64,000 nucleotides of DNA from Longimicrobiales bacterium (GCA_965249725.1 CBDFMQ010000002.1:2848001-2912000); one strand, 5' to 3'. Positions 1 to 9,668 are shown, counted from the first letter of the stretch. Numbers and translations: made by a program. Notes: a model not told the origin generated them from the sequence alone.

Positions 1-268
1 CGACTCCCGCAAAGGCCTGTGCCCGCTCAAACGGATCCACCACGATCGGGAGTGCTTTCAAGAGGTCCTGGGCTTCGCTTGCGTCCTCCGCCCGCATCCT
101 GTGTTTGCGCGTGGCCACAGCCAACACGTTGATGACCTCGATCGGCCACAGGGCCGGCACAACACACTCACTCTCCACCAGGACGTCCAATACGCGGTCG
201 CTGTAGTCGTCGGCCTCGTCCTCTAGGCACCACGCCAATGCGACGGACGCGTCGAGCACGAAGTTCAT
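1..268 (-). CDS. PIN-domain (VapC-like) toxin, partial (runs off window start)
   Basis: Manual translation from ATG at 268: MNFVLDASVALAWCLEDEADDYSDRVL...VPALWPIEVINVL; N-terminal VLDAS motif typical of PIN; ATGA overlap with upstream antitoxin stop. Confidence 0.85.
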   Translation of the reverse strand, partial: MNFVLDASVALAWCLEDEADDYSDRVLDVLVESECVVPALWPIEVINVLAVATRKHRMRAEDASEAQDLLKALPIVVDPFERAQAFAGV

Positions 269-507
269 CGCCTGCCAGCCTCGATGATGCCTCGCACCGT
301 GAGATCCGGGCCAAGGCTCGTCCGCTTGCGAAGACGGCGAAGCCCCTCGGCGGCATCGGCCGCCGATATCCTGCGCAGCTCCGCCACGGGCACGAGACAA
401 GCGATCGGTCGACCGTGCCGCGTAATCGTCAGACTCTCCCCCGCCTCAACGCGCTTGAGTAGCGCCGGAAGGTGTGTCTTAGCCTCATATGAGCCAATGC
501 TGACCAT
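265..507 (-). CDS. Phd/YefM-family antitoxin
   Basis: MVSIGSYEAKTHLPALLKRVEAGESLTITRHGRPIACLVP matches the Phd/YefM signature (EAK..L..L...V..GE...ITR.G.P.A.LVP); directly upstream of PIN gene. Confidence 0.9.
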   Translation of the reverse strand: MVSIGSYEAKTHLPALLKRVEAGESLTITRHGRPIACLVPVAELRRISAADAAEGLRRLRKRTSLGPDLTVRGIIEAGRR

Positions 508-520
508 CCTGAATCCTTTC

Positions 521-543
521 GACTAGTCTATACAGCTAGTCTA
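521..543. promoter_or_regulatory. Putative antitoxin operator
   Basis: Palindrome GACTAGTC (521-528) and direct repeat CTAGTCTA (523-530, 536-543) just upstream of the Phd antitoxin. Confidence 0.5.
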
Positions 544-549
544 CTTCCA

Positions 550-1077
550 TTAGGCGTATGAGTCCATGAGTTCTTCTTGGCCAACCCCCGAGCCCGCCGG
601 CAGCGCCTTCTTCTCGTCGCTCAACGCAATCGCCGTCCCGTACGCCAGGATCTCCACCCCGGCCGTCCCCTTCCCATCCCCCCGGGACCTGGAAAGCGGC
701 GAGGTCTCGATGCGCACGTTGATGATCGTGTAATAGCCACGCCTGTGGGCGATCGCCTTCATGCGGAGCATGGCTTCCCGTCTCGCACGCTCGAGCAAAG
801 GCTCGAAGACGCGGATTCTCCCTCCGACGATCCCCTTGAGGCTCGCGGCCACGCGCTTGTAGTAGTCCTGCGAGATCACGACGCTGCCCATGACGAGCTC
901 GCACCCCTCGACGTTCCACTCCGAGGGGATGTCTTCGATGGTCACGGCCAATACGTCCCGCGACCCGCTCTCCAGGAGCAGCAGGCTCTTGAGGTGTCGA
1001 CGCTCCAGAAGCGATCCGGCGATCCACGCACCGACGAGCATGGCCGGTGTGACGAGTAGGCTGATGACGACTTCCAT
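550..1077 (-). CDS. YbjQ-like (heavy-metal-binding domain) protein with N-terminal TM
   Basis: LVMGSVV...GGRIRVFEPLLERARREAMLRMK...IINVRIET...EILAYGTAI; start taken at MEVVISLL. Confidence 0.8.
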   Translation of the reverse strand: MEVVISLLVTPAMLVGAWIAGSLLERRHLKSLLLLESGSRDVLAVTIEDIPSEWNVEGCELVMGSVVISQDYYKRVAASLKGIVGGRIRVFEPLLERARREAMLRMKAIAHRRGYYTIINVRIETSPLSRSRGDGKGTAGVEILAYGTAIALSDEKKALPAGSGVGQEELMDSYA

Positions 1078-1081
1078 CGCC

Positions 1082-1396
1082 CTACTCCACCACGACTGCG
1101 GTGCCGTACGCAAAAAGCTCCGCCGCACCCTGCGCCACGCTGCTGGTCGCGAAGCGCACGTTCACGATCGCGTTGGCGCCAATGTCGTCGGCCTGCTGGC
1201 TCATCCGCCGAATCGCTTCCCCGCGGGCCTCAACCAGCAGCTCCGTGTAACCGACGAGCTCACCGCCGACGACGTTCTTCAGCCCGGCCATGATGTCGCG
1301 GCCGATATGTTTCGCGCGCACGGTGCTGCCGCTCACCACACCGTGGAACTCGACGATCTTTTTGCCGGGAATCTCCTGCGTATTGCTGATGACCAT
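1082..1396 (-). CDS. YbjQ (UPF0145) family protein
   Basis: GVVSGSTVRAKHIGRDIMAGLKNVVGGEL.GYTELL.EAR.EA..RM...A...GANAIVNVRF...ELFAYGTAV; GGAAGG RBS before ATG 1396. Confidence 0.92.
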   Translation of the reverse strand: MVISNTQEIPGKKIVEFHGVVSGSTVRAKHIGRDIMAGLKNVVGGELVGYTELLVEARGEAIRRMSQQADDIGANAIVNVRFATSSVAQGAAELFAYGTAVVVE

Positions 1397-1655
1397 ACTG
1401 CGTTCCTTCCTTCTGGTTGGGTTTCGGCTCGACACGGGTGCGGATGTGCGTCGATCAGAACTGATGAATGATACGGTCAAGGCGGCACTAATCATCTAGC
1501 GACGCTCGCCCCGCGCTTAACCTGCTTGCGGTCCCGCCGGATCCGACATAGACTCCCCCCCTGATGCCGCCCGCCCCCCCGCGGCGCATTCGTTGTCTGT
1601 GTCACACGTCGCGCGAATCCGCTCCATGTTCGCGTGACACCGGGGGCGAACAGAA

Positions 1656-2891
1656 ATGACCGGTTTTACCGTGTTCGGAGCGGTCGTCGGCGGACTCCTT
1701 TCCGCCTTGCTGGTCCTTCCAGGACTGGTGGGGCTCGTCGTCTCGGGCAGTATCCCCCTCCCCATCTTGGGCGTCGTTCCCAGCATCATCGTGGTGGCGT
1801 TCGCGGTCATGTACGTCTGGGGAGTGATCAGTGGGTACGTGTGCCAGCTGGTCATGTGGGGCATCTCCGCAGGTCTCCCGGGGGCGGGGAACCGGACCGC
1901 TCGCCACGTATCCGCCTGGATACTCTCACTCGCCTACCTGGTCCTCACGGTCCTGTTCGTATTCGTCGGAGCGATACCGACTGTGGCGACATTCTCCGTG
2001 ATCGCGACCGTGACGGGCACGGGTGTGGCATTCGGACTCATCAGTCTGTCGTTCCTATTCACCCTACCTCACCTGTTGATCGTGACCCTGCTCTACGTTG
2101 TCGCAGACTGCGCATCGCTTCCACCGGTGCCGGCTAGTGCCGGGCTCACAACCCGCGGCGAGGCCTTCCACAGGGGCATGCTGATCGGGCTGAACGCGAT
2201 CGTCAACGTCGTGCTGGGCACGGGCGTCGCGGGAATCCTGCTACAGGCGTTTGCCGGTATTCTGGGGATGGGAATTGCGTTGGTAATCGGCTTGCTGCTC
2301 GGCATACTCACGGTCCTGGGCGCGTTCATGCCAGCCGGCGGCGGGATCCTCCGGTTCTTTGTCGGTTGGGGGTCGTGGCTACTCCCGATGTCCTGGGGGG
2401 CAATCTTCCTCGGTTGGGTCCTGTTCGTGCTCAATCATCTCGGGAACGTCGTGTTCCTGACGCGTGGAGCATTTGGGATCGACATGGCTCAGATCGATCT
2501 CGCCAACGGGACGATGACTACGGAGGGCGGGATCGTGGCCAACTTCCGGTTTCAGACCATGAACCCGTTCGGTAACAACAACTCCGCCTACGACCTCGGG
2601 TCGTTTTCCTTCCTGCACGCCAGTGTGGGGGCGGGTCCAGACTGGTTTGGCACCCTCGGGGCCTCGAACCTGTTTGGATCGACCACTCCCGACCATGAGG
2701 CGGGTCACAACCTCAACCTCGCATCGTTCGGAAGTTGGTTCCTACTCATCGACGCGATCGATGAGAACGTTGCAGCCGTCACTCTAGCCGGCAGTGGGGG
2801 GGCGAGTCGTGGACAGGACGCCTACGCAGAGCGTCTGGCGGAGAGCAACCGCATGCAGGCGGGCGGTTGGATTCCGATGTGGGGGCCTTAG
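1656..2891 (+). CDS. Hypothetical polytopic membrane protein with C-terminal HExxH (zincin-like) motif
   Basis: Many hydrophobic segments in the first ~260 aa, then a soluble region with DHEAGHNLNL...AYAERLAE. Confidence 0.7.
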   Translation: MTGFTVFGAVVGGLLSALLVLPGLVGLVVSGSIPLPILGVVPSIIVVAFAVMYVWGVISGYVCQLVMWGISAGLPGAGNRTARHVSAWILSLAYLVLTVLFVFVGAIPTVATFSVIATVTGTGVAFGLISLSFLFTLPHLLIVTLLYVVADCASLPPVPASAGLTTRGEAFHRGMLIGLNAIVNVVLGTGVAGILLQAFAGILGMGIALVIGLLLGILTVLGAFMPAGGGILRFFVGWGSWLLPMSWGAIFLGWVLFVLNHLGNVVFLTRGAFGIDMAQIDLANGTMTTEGGIVANFRFQTMNPFGNNNSAYDLGSFSFLHASVGAGPDWFGTLGASNLFGSTTPDHEAGHNLNLASFGSWFLLIDAIDENVAAVTLAGSGGASRGQDAYAERLAESNRMQAGGWIPMWGP

Positions 2892-2908
2892 CCGAGATGG
2901 GGGCGCAA

Positions 2909-3562
2909 ATGACCAACGAGAAAGTCGTCGCGGACTGCCACAGCTCCAACCTGCTGGGGTGGGTTGTCTTCCTGCTGGTCCTCGGCTTCGGGATCGTGAT
3001 GTCCGCGGGGGCGCTCGTGTTTGTTCTCGTAGGGCCTGGGCTCGGCCTGACGTCACTGCTGATGGTGGCCGCACTCCTCTTGCTCCTGCTCGCGGCAATC
3101 CCGCTCGTTTGGGCCATCCTGCAGGTCCGAGCGGGATCCGGGGACGCCGTCGCTGTGGGTCGGGTCCCGGGTGGGACAGACTGCGCGCCGACAAAGGAGC
3201 CGGAGCCCGAACCGTGTCCGTCTGACGCGCACCCTGCAGGAGCGTGCGCAGATGAAGAGACGGACCCGGATGAGCGCTCTGTACCCGAGTGTCCTCACGG
3301 GAAGGCCGCACACCCAGCGCGAGATCTGCGAGGCCAACTCGAGCACGCTTCGAACCTGATCGTCCAACGCCAGTCGGACCTGGATCGGCGCTTGGGCGCT
3401 GCCCAAGCCGCTGCCGCCGAATTGGAAGGCGACGTCAGATCGAAGGCGGAACAACTCGTAGAGGAATACAGATCCCGACGAGAGTTGGTTGATGTGCAAC
3501 AACGGCTGGTATCGGCGGCGCTTGGCGTGGCGTTGGTCAATGACGTGCAGGAGGACGAATGA
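2909..3562 (+). CDS. Hypothetical membrane protein (2-3 TM, Cys/Pro linker, C-terminal coiled coil)
   Basis: Hydrophobic N-terminus, then TDCAPTKEPEPEPCPSD...ECPHG, then an amphipathic helix; start could be 2897; ATGA overlap with next gene. Confidence 0.65.
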   Translation: MTNEKVVADCHSSNLLGWVVFLLVLGFGIVMSAGALVFVLVGPGLGLTSLLMVAALLLLLLAAIPLVWAILQVRAGSGDAVAVGRVPGGTDCAPTKEPEPEPCPSDAHPAGACADEETDPDERSVPECPHGKAAHPARDLRGQLEHASNLIVQRQSDLDRRLGAAQAAAAELEGDVRSKAEQLVEEYRSRRELVDVQQRLVSAALGVALVNDVQEDE

Positions 3563-4294
3563 TGCTCACCGGCTTCGGATTCATCCTGTTGGGCTTCTTG
3601 ATCTTGGGATCACTACTGGTCGCGCTGAGCCTCCCCGTACTGGCTGGGGCTCTGCTGCTCCAGGCCGCCGGCGCGCTGAATCCGGCCCTCTTTGTTCTGG
3701 GCACGGGGCTCATGGTCGGTGCCGCAGCCGTTTTCGTGGTAGGCCTCCTGTTGATCGCCGTGGGTATGTTCTCGTTCCTCTTCGCGGCAGTCCGCATCTT
3801 CCTTAGCGGCCTGCTCGCGCTCCTGAGGCTGATTCGCTCTTTCCTGCCCTCCATCGGTGATTTTGCGACTTTCCTCGACGTCAGTGCTGCCGCCGTTGAC
3901 GTCATAGCTGTGATCCTCAAGCAAGCCGTCTCACCGGTTCTGCAGACCACGGGACAGGCCATCGGCAATCTCCCGGCGATCCCGACGCCCGTCGCACGGA
4001 CCGCACCCATTCTCGACGATGGCGATAACCAGACCCCCCGAAGGTCTGATCTCCGACCCCACAAGGGTTCTCTCTTCCGTGCTACCTAATCCTGCGGTGG
4101 TCGTCGGAGTCGATCTGAATCCCACCTCGGTGGACAGCGTGCTGAACACGGCCCTCGGTGGCTTTGTCACCAATCCAGTCCAGGGATTCAGCGATATGGT
4201 CGGTGACATGGGTGTCGACGCCGATACGACAGGCGACACCCTCCACTCGGTGGCGGACGAAATGCGCAGGTTCGCCTTGATGCTTGCTTCTTGA
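3559..4294 (+). CDS. Hypothetical hydrophobic protein, apparently frameshifted at C6 run 4034-4039
   Basis: Removing one C joins ORF 3559..4089 (…DGDNQT) to the frame of ORF 4019..4294 (PEGLISDPTRVL…). Confidence 0.55.
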
Positions 4295-4320
4295 TCCCTG
4301 GCTAGCGTTTCGTACAGCAC

Positions 4321-5439
4321 CTACCCTCTGAACTGAACCAGGTTGTACAGCAGATCCCCCTGAAACACGACTCGCCGCACCAGCAGTTCATGCACCACCC
4401 CGTCGATCGGCGAGTGCAGCTCCTCCAGAACCGTCCCATCCAACCCCGTAACCCGCCCGATCAACTGCCCCCTCGTCAGCAGATCCCCCTGATCCGCGAT
4501 CCCCTGAAACACCCCGCACTCGGCGGCCCTGACCTGATCGAACTCAGGAGTCAGCTCCCTCTGACTCGCATGAATCACGGGACTTCCCTGGATCATCCCG
4601 AAGTGTTTCAGGTTGTTTGTCACCGCCAGGATGTGTGAGTTGATGAAGTCCTCTTCGGGCTGCGTCTTATAGCCCAGCCCGCACTGCGTGATGATGCTCG
4701 GAACGCCCGCCTGGGCCGCTTCGTAGACCAAGCTCCTGGGGCTCACCTCCCTCGACTGGAAGTACTCGAACCCGCACGCCTGAGACATCTCCTCGCTGAC
4801 CCGGTTCACATCGGCCGACGCATTCATGGGATGGATCGAGTGGATCAGGTGGGACTCGGCGAGGTCGCCGCCGCGAAGATCGATGTGATAGTCGGACTTC
4901 ACGACGAGCTCCTGGAACAGGTAGTGCGCGAGCACCTCGGTGGCCGAGCCGTCGGGATTGCCGGGAAAGACACCGTTCAGGCTCTTTCCGTCCATCGGGC
5001 TGATGCCCGCGTTCAAGCCGAACATGGGAGTCCGAAACCGGAACGCATCCATCGTGATGACCGGGACGATGATCACGCGACCCGAGATGTCCGCGGGATC
5101 GAAATCGCGGTACATGCGAGACGCCGCCTCGACGCCGGAATACTCGGTGGCGAACAGGCCGCCCGTCACGATCAGCGTCGGGCCCTCGCCGCTGCCGTTC
5201 ACCACACCCACGGGCATCTCGATGCGCACCGCATCGTTGTTCATGACGGTGTGGTAGGTGAACTGCTTGGTGCCGGCAGGGACGTCGAACGGGGCGTACT
5301 CGGGCGTTTGGTCCGAGGCGTCGATGGTCTGGGCGGTCGCCGCGACACCCCCCATGGCCAGCGCACCTACAGCGCTTGTCGTGCCCTTGGCGAACTCGCG
5401 CCGGGTCACCGGGCGACCTGTGGCTGCTGGCTTCTTCAT
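4321..5439 (-). CDS. Succinylglutamate desuccinylase/aspartoacylase (M14-like) family protein with Tat signal
   Basis: TRREF Tat motif; GPTLIVTGGLFATEYSG, IIVPVIT, SLNGVFPG.PDGS.TE, YHIDLRGG, C-terminal lipoyl-like SPIDG; the usual metal-binding His residues look substituted. Confidence 0.8.
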   Translation of the reverse strand: MKKPAATGRPVTRREFAKGTTSAVGALAMGGVAATAQTIDASDQTPEYAPFDVPAGTKQFTYHTVMNNDAVRIEMPVGVVNGSGEGPTLIVTGGLFATEYSGVEAASRMYRDFDPADISGRVIIVPVITMDAFRFRTPMFGLNAGISPMDGKSLNGVFPGNPDGSATEVLAHYLFQELVVKSDYHIDLRGGDLAESHLIHSIHPMNASADVNRVSEEMSQACGFEYFQSREVSPRSLVYEAAQAGVPSIITQCGLGYKTQPEEDFINSHILAVTNNLKHFGMIQGSPVIHASQRELTPEFDQVRAAECGVFQGIADQGDLLTRGQLIGRVTGLDGTVLEELHSPIDGVVHELLVRRVVFQGDLLYNLVQFRG

Positions 5440-5551
5440 GTGATCCTCTCCCTAAGGCATTCCGATTCTGAGTGCGGTGACGCTCAATCTGTCGAGTCCC
5501 CGGCCCCAACCGCTACGTTGGGCGCTCACTTCTTGAGCCCGGGAGGCTGAA

Positions 5552-6469
5552 ATGGGATACCTCATCGGCGGCATCATCGCCCTCGCCATCATCGCCTGGG
5601 TCGTTCTCCGACGTCCATCCGAGGAGCCGGTGGTGGTCACCCCCGACCCGCCAGACGATTCCAAGGGGACGACCCCAGCCCCCCCCGGACCCGACGATGA
5701 CCTATCCGTCCCGATCGAAGAACGGTACGCGTCGAGCGGCTTTCCGGTCGCGGTGGATCAGCCCGACGGGCCCGTCCCCGGTGAACGGGAGCTGCCGGAT
5801 TTCCAGTGGCCGCAGATTCTCAGCGTCGACATGCCCGGAGCTCCCGAGTGCGGGCTTACGTATCCGCTGATCTACACCGACCTCTTCGAGTATCCTGCTG
5901 GCTGCGGAGATGTCGCGGGTGGGCTTCCCCAACGGCAGCGTGGGCTCCTTCGAAGAGCACGGGAGCAGGCCGCCGTTTACTGCTATCGCCAGATCGATCC
6001 GGACTGCCGCGGCGTGAATGAGATCAGCCACAGCTTCAGCCACCAGTGCTTTCAGGTCGACGGGAACACGCTCGTGGGCGTGACGATCACCTACTTCTTC
6101 GAGTGCTCCGGGCAGGCTGCGGGAGGGGACAGCGCGGGACCGCCTGATGTGACGGAGGTGCCGATTCCCCAGGCAGAGCCGAACTGCTCGAGCCAGTACC
6201 ACTACGTCGCGCACTCGGTGTCAGAGATCCTGAACGACTGCGCTTCACCCGACCGGCCTGCGATCGAACAAGGGAAGGAGCGCGATCTCCTGGAGGCAGC
6301 CCAGGATCACGCGCGCAGCTTCTGCGCCGGCGCCCGCCAGGAAAGCTGCCGGATTCCGGTTCACATCGGTCACGACATCGACCATCACTGCTTCCGGTCG
6401 GAGCCGGAGGACGCCTGGTTCCACACGAGCACGATCATCTACTTCTTTGGATGCCCGCCCACCGCCTGA
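5552..6469 (+). CDS. Hypothetical membrane-anchored protein with two six-cysteine domains
   Basis: GGAGG RBS; N-terminal TM; Pro-rich linker; internal duplication with conserved Cys spacing. Confidence 0.75.
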   Translation: MGYLIGGIIALAIIAWVVLRRPSEEPVVVTPDPPDDSKGTTPAPPGPDDDLSVPIEERYASSGFPVAVDQPDGPVPGERELPDFQWPQILSVDMPGAPECGLTYPLIYTDLFEYPAGCGDVAGGLPQRQRGLLRRAREQAAVYCYRQIDPDCRGVNEISHSFSHQCFQVDGNTLVGVTITYFFECSGQAAGGDSAGPPDVTEVPIPQAEPNCSSQYHYVAHSVSEILNDCASPDRPAIEQGKERDLLEAAQDHARSFCAGARQESCRIPVHIGHDIDHHCFRSEPEDAWFHTSTIIYFFGCPPTA

Positions 6470-6482
6470 GCCCCTCGGACCC

Positions 6483-7838
6483 TCACTCCTCCGGAAGGAC
6501 CGCCAAGATGCGCTCGTGCAGGGGTACCAGCTGTGCCACTTGCTCCGCCGAGAGCCTCCTTTCAAGGATTGCGGCGGCCTGCCGGAGCTCGGTGTGGGCA
6601 CGGTCGAGGTGGCTCGTGGGACCACCCTCCCGGGCTTGACGGAACGCACTCGGATCGGGTGAGTCGCCGGCTTCCAGGCGGTCGATCAGGTGCCGGTAAC
6701 CGAACGAGGCCGCCTCGAAGAGCCAGTGGTCGGGCGCGAAGCGAGCGACACTCATGAGGTCGGCGTAGGGATCGCTGCTCTCCGGCCGCCGGGCCAACTG
6801 TGCGCGGAGCGCGACGAACGTCGCGTGCCTGGCGAGCCCCAAGCGCGACAACGCGTTCCCCAAGTACACGCTCGCGTGCCGATCCGGTGAAAACGCCCAT
6901 CCCAGGTACATCCACACGGCCCAGTTCTCTACTGCGTTCTCGATCGGCGTCGCGCCGCGCTCGAGGGACTTCCGAGCCGCGTTCCCGACGTCCCACCACG
7001 AGTCGTGCAGCATCGGGTCGATCGGATCCGAGCGACCCGAGCGGAGCATGTGCTGGGCAACCAACGACGAGGTCCAACGCCGCACTTCAAAGCACTCCTC
7101 GGGGCGGAACCGCTCCACGTCCTCCGTCAGGCAGGGTGCGTCGGGGTTCGCCTCGCGTCGGTCGATGCTCCGGAGCGCCCCGACGGCGTGGATGAGCCAC
7201 GTGTCGGTCCCGGTCGCGTAGTATGCCTCGAGTGCGCCGCGAGCCAAGCCGCCGTCGTAGTCCAGGATGCCGACGGGGAGAGGAGCGTCCGGCATCCAGT
7301 CGATGTTGGCCTCCTCGAACGACCAGCGGGGGAACGCGAGAGCGACCGGAACGTCGGTCGGGTCGATCGCGGCCAGTTGGTCGGGGGTGAGGGACGACGG
7401 CCACGCATCCTCACCGAAGAGTCCCATCGCGAACGACACGTCGTCTTCGATCTGGAGGCCGCCGGGCTGGAAGCTCTGATCGAAACGCCCGACCGGGTCG
7501 ACCGACAAGGTCCGGATGTACGCGGCGATGTCGAGCGACGTCGTCATGTCCACGTGGCCGAGGGCCCGCCGGATGATCGTCGAGTCGGGAAAGGAGAAGA
7601 AGGCGAGGTCGAACCCATCGCGCGAGGCGTGACACCCGGCGCACGAGTCGACGAAGGCGGCTCGTCCGGCGACGGCGTTGGCCGTCGCCTGGGGCTGTTC
7701 CGCCTGCAGCTGCTCGGGGTGCTCTTGCTCAGGGGACTCTTGTACGGCTTGCTCTGCGTCGGTGGGGCTGTCGCACGCGGCAGCCAGCGCCAGGAGCGCC
7801 AGCAAGCAAGCGGACCGAAGGGGTGACAGGCGCCTCAT
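6483..7838 (-). CDS. Lipoprotein with single c-type heme motif
   Basis: Lipobox ALAAAC; GRAAFVDSCAGCH (CxxCH); GGAGG RBS upstream of ATG 7838. Confidence 0.75.
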   Translation of the reverse strand: MRRLSPLRSACLLALLALAAACDSPTDAEQAVQESPEQEHPEQLQAEQPQATANAVAGRAAFVDSCAGCHASRDGFDLAFFSFPDSTIIRRALGHVDMTTSLDIAAYIRTLSVDPVGRFDQSFQPGGLQIEDDVSFAMGLFGEDAWPSSLTPDQLAAIDPTDVPVALAFPRWSFEEANIDWMPDAPLPVGILDYDGGLARGALEAYYATGTDTWLIHAVGALRSIDRREANPDAPCLTEDVERFRPEECFEVRRWTSSLVAQHMLRSGRSDPIDPMLHDSWWDVGNAARKSLERGATPIENAVENWAVWMYLGWAFSPDRHASVYLGNALSRLGLARHATFVALRAQLARRPESSDPYADLMSVARFAPDHWLFEAASFGYRHLIDRLEAGDSPDPSAFRQAREGGPTSHLDRAHTELRQAAAILERRLSAEQVAQLVPLHERILAVLPEE

Positions 7839-8044
7839 TGGTGTCCTCCGTGTCACGGGGGGCGGGTCGGGGGGATTGTTCTGTCGACGCCGTCGGCTCA
7901 TCCGGCGTTAAAAAGGGACCCGGGCGGTCGCAACGGTCTTTCCTTCTCTCATCCGATGTGGTCGATTGTGCCAGCTTGGGCACTCCGCCGGCCTTTTGGG
8001 CGGCTACCCGACTTCCTCCCGGCACTTCCACATGAGGCTCATCG

Positions 8045-8470
8045 ATGAGTGACGCACCGCAGAGTGACGCACCGCAGAGTGACGCACCGCACCAGCCTGT
8101 CCAAGCCTCGGGGCTTCCCAAGCCGGCGGGCCCTTACTCGCCGGGCATCATCTTCGATCGGCTCGTCCTCGTCTCGGGACAGGGCGCGACCGACCCCGAC
8201 ACCGGCACGCTCCAGGGGCACGACATGGAGACGCAGACGCGCCAGGTCTTTCGAAACATCCAGGCGATTCTCGAGGCCGGCGGATCGGATCTCTCGAAGG
8301 TGCTGCGCTGCGGCGTCTTTCTCGTGGATCTGCGGGACTTCGAGAAGATGAATGCGGTCTACGCGGAGATCTTTGGAGATCACCGCCCGGCGCGTACCAC
8401 GGTGCAGGTCGCTGCGCTTCCAGACCCCGGGCTCCGCGTGGAGATCGACGCGATCGCCTACCGGGAGTAG
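8045..8470 (+). CDS. RidA/YjgF/UK114 family protein
   Basis: GPYSPG, VSGQG, QTRQVFRNIQAILEAGG, DFEKMNAVY, RPARTTVQVAALP, VEIDAIA. Confidence 0.95.
   Translation: MSDAPQSDAPQSDAPHQPVQASGLPKPAGPYSPGIIFDRLVLVSGQGATDPDTGTLQGHDMETQTRQVFRNIQAILEAGGSDLSKVLRCGVFLVDLRDFEKMNAVYAEIFGDHRPARTTVQVAALPDPGLRVEIDAIAYRE
8047..8091 (+). repeat. 3x 15-bp tandem repeat (SDAPQ) at RidA 5' end
   Basis: GAGTGACGCACCGCA x3. Confidence 0.95.
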
Positions 8471-8482
8471 CCGGCAGGTCTC

Positions 8483-9010
8483 TCAGTCCAGCATCTCTTC
8501 CAGAGCGAGCCTGGTCTTCGGAGGGAGCCGCTCCTCGTCGAAGTAGCGCGTGACGATGGCGAGCGCCTCGTCGGCCCTCGTGATATTCAGCCATCGTAAG
8601 AGGTAGCGCACGTCGTCCAAGTCGTGAAACTCGGCGCCGAGCCTCATGGCGGCACACTTCATCGCAAGCAGGTACTCCGGGTGCGCCACGAAGACGCGAA
8701 GGTGCGACAACTCGAGAAAGGGGTCGAAGTCACCCCTCGGGCTGAGGAATCCCTTCACGGCATCGTTGAGCCACTTGTCGCCCACCCCCGCCGCCGCGCC
8801 GACACGAACCGCGGCTTCGCGGACGGCGGTCGTCGGCTTGAACAAGGCGTCGACATCGACCGTCGAATCGCGAGCGTTCAGTGCCAGGCACATGACCGCG
8901 CCCCCCACCAGGTAGAGCTCGCCGATCGTGTCCACTCCCGCCAGTTCGTCATTCAAGAGACGCAAGAGCTCCTGGATGCGCTCGGAAGTCAGTCCCCCCG
9001 ATCCGGTCAC
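8483..9010 (-). CDS. DUF6036/AbiEii-like nucleotidyltransferase (putative toxin)
   Basis: LYLVGGAVM...STVDVD (GG...DxD) and LLAMK..A.R....DLDD; GTG start overlapping upstream TGA. Confidence 0.8.
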   Translation of the reverse strand: MTGSGGLTSERIQELLRLLNDELAGVDTIGELYLVGGAVMCLALNARDSTVDVDALFKPTTAVREAAVRVGAAAGVGDKWLNDAVKGFLSPRGDFDPFLELSHLRVFVAHPEYLLAMKCAAMRLGAEFHDLDDVRYLLRWLNITRADEALAIVTRYFDEERLPPKTRLALEEMLD

Positions 9011-9498
9011 ACGCGGTCTCCCAGGGCCGAATCCACGAAGAGCTGCCGACGCCTGAACGGGACGGGAGATACACGGAGAAGGTGCGGTCGGAGACTCAGA
9101 AGCGGCGCCGCAAAGTACGGTTCCGCCAGGGGCTCGACCGCCTTGGTCCACGCGGGGGGAGTTAGCCCGCGAATCCGTGCCGCCTGCTCCGCGAGCGCAC
9201 AAACGTAGTTCCTCGCGAAGGGGCTCAGCTCGACGAGGTCCACGGATTCCACGGAAGCGGTGAACTCGGACGGCCCGAGGTCGGACAGGAAGTCGTTCAG
9301 CTCGGCGAGCTCAAACCGACAGTCGGCCTTCCGCTCGAGCGTGTGGAGGATGTCCTGAAGGCGACCGCTCCGGGCCGGAAAGACCCTTCCGAGCACATAT
9401 TGGGACACGTCCCGGTCGGCCTGCGCGGCCAACGCCTTGAGGCGATCCTTCTGTTCGGGGGAGATCCGGATCTGCAGTTGGCTGGTCTTCGTGGACAT
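9007..9498 (-). CDS. Putative antitoxin: N-terminal ribbon-helix-helix (DUF1778-like) plus C-terminal PPAW...PFRRR domain
   Basis: QLQIRISPEQKDRLKALAAQADRDVSQYV RHH-like; translationally coupled to the NTase. Confidence 0.7.
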   Translation of the reverse strand: MSTKTSQLQIRISPEQKDRLKALAAQADRDVSQYVLGRVFPARSGRLQDILHTLERKADCRFELAELNDFLSDLGPSEFTASVESVDLVELSPFARNYVCALAEQAARIRGLTPPAWTKAVEPLAEPYFAAPLLSLRPHLLRVSPVPFRRRQLFVDSALGDRV

Positions 9499-9504
9499 GA
9501 GGCA

Positions 9505-9547
9505 AACTTACGCGGCCGACCGCCAATGTCAATACCTATGTCAATAC
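9505..9547 (-). promoter_or_regulatory. sigma70-like leaderless promoter with duplicated -35/operator
   Basis: Minus strand: GTATTGACAT x2, TTGACA-16nt-TAAGTT-6nt-ATG(9498). Confidence 0.6.
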
Positions 9548-9668
9548 AGACGCGCCGCTCAGCAGGCGGCAAGCGTACCGGTGTGCCCCGCATGGCGCCT
9601 CTTGATCCCATCCAGGATTGCTTGTAGAATGCTTATATACACTAAGTCTCTGTCATATGAGCTTTTTG

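Noticed and set aside
7960..7980. sigma54 promoter (TGGCAC on minus strand)
   Set aside because: No TTGC -12 element at the required spacing.
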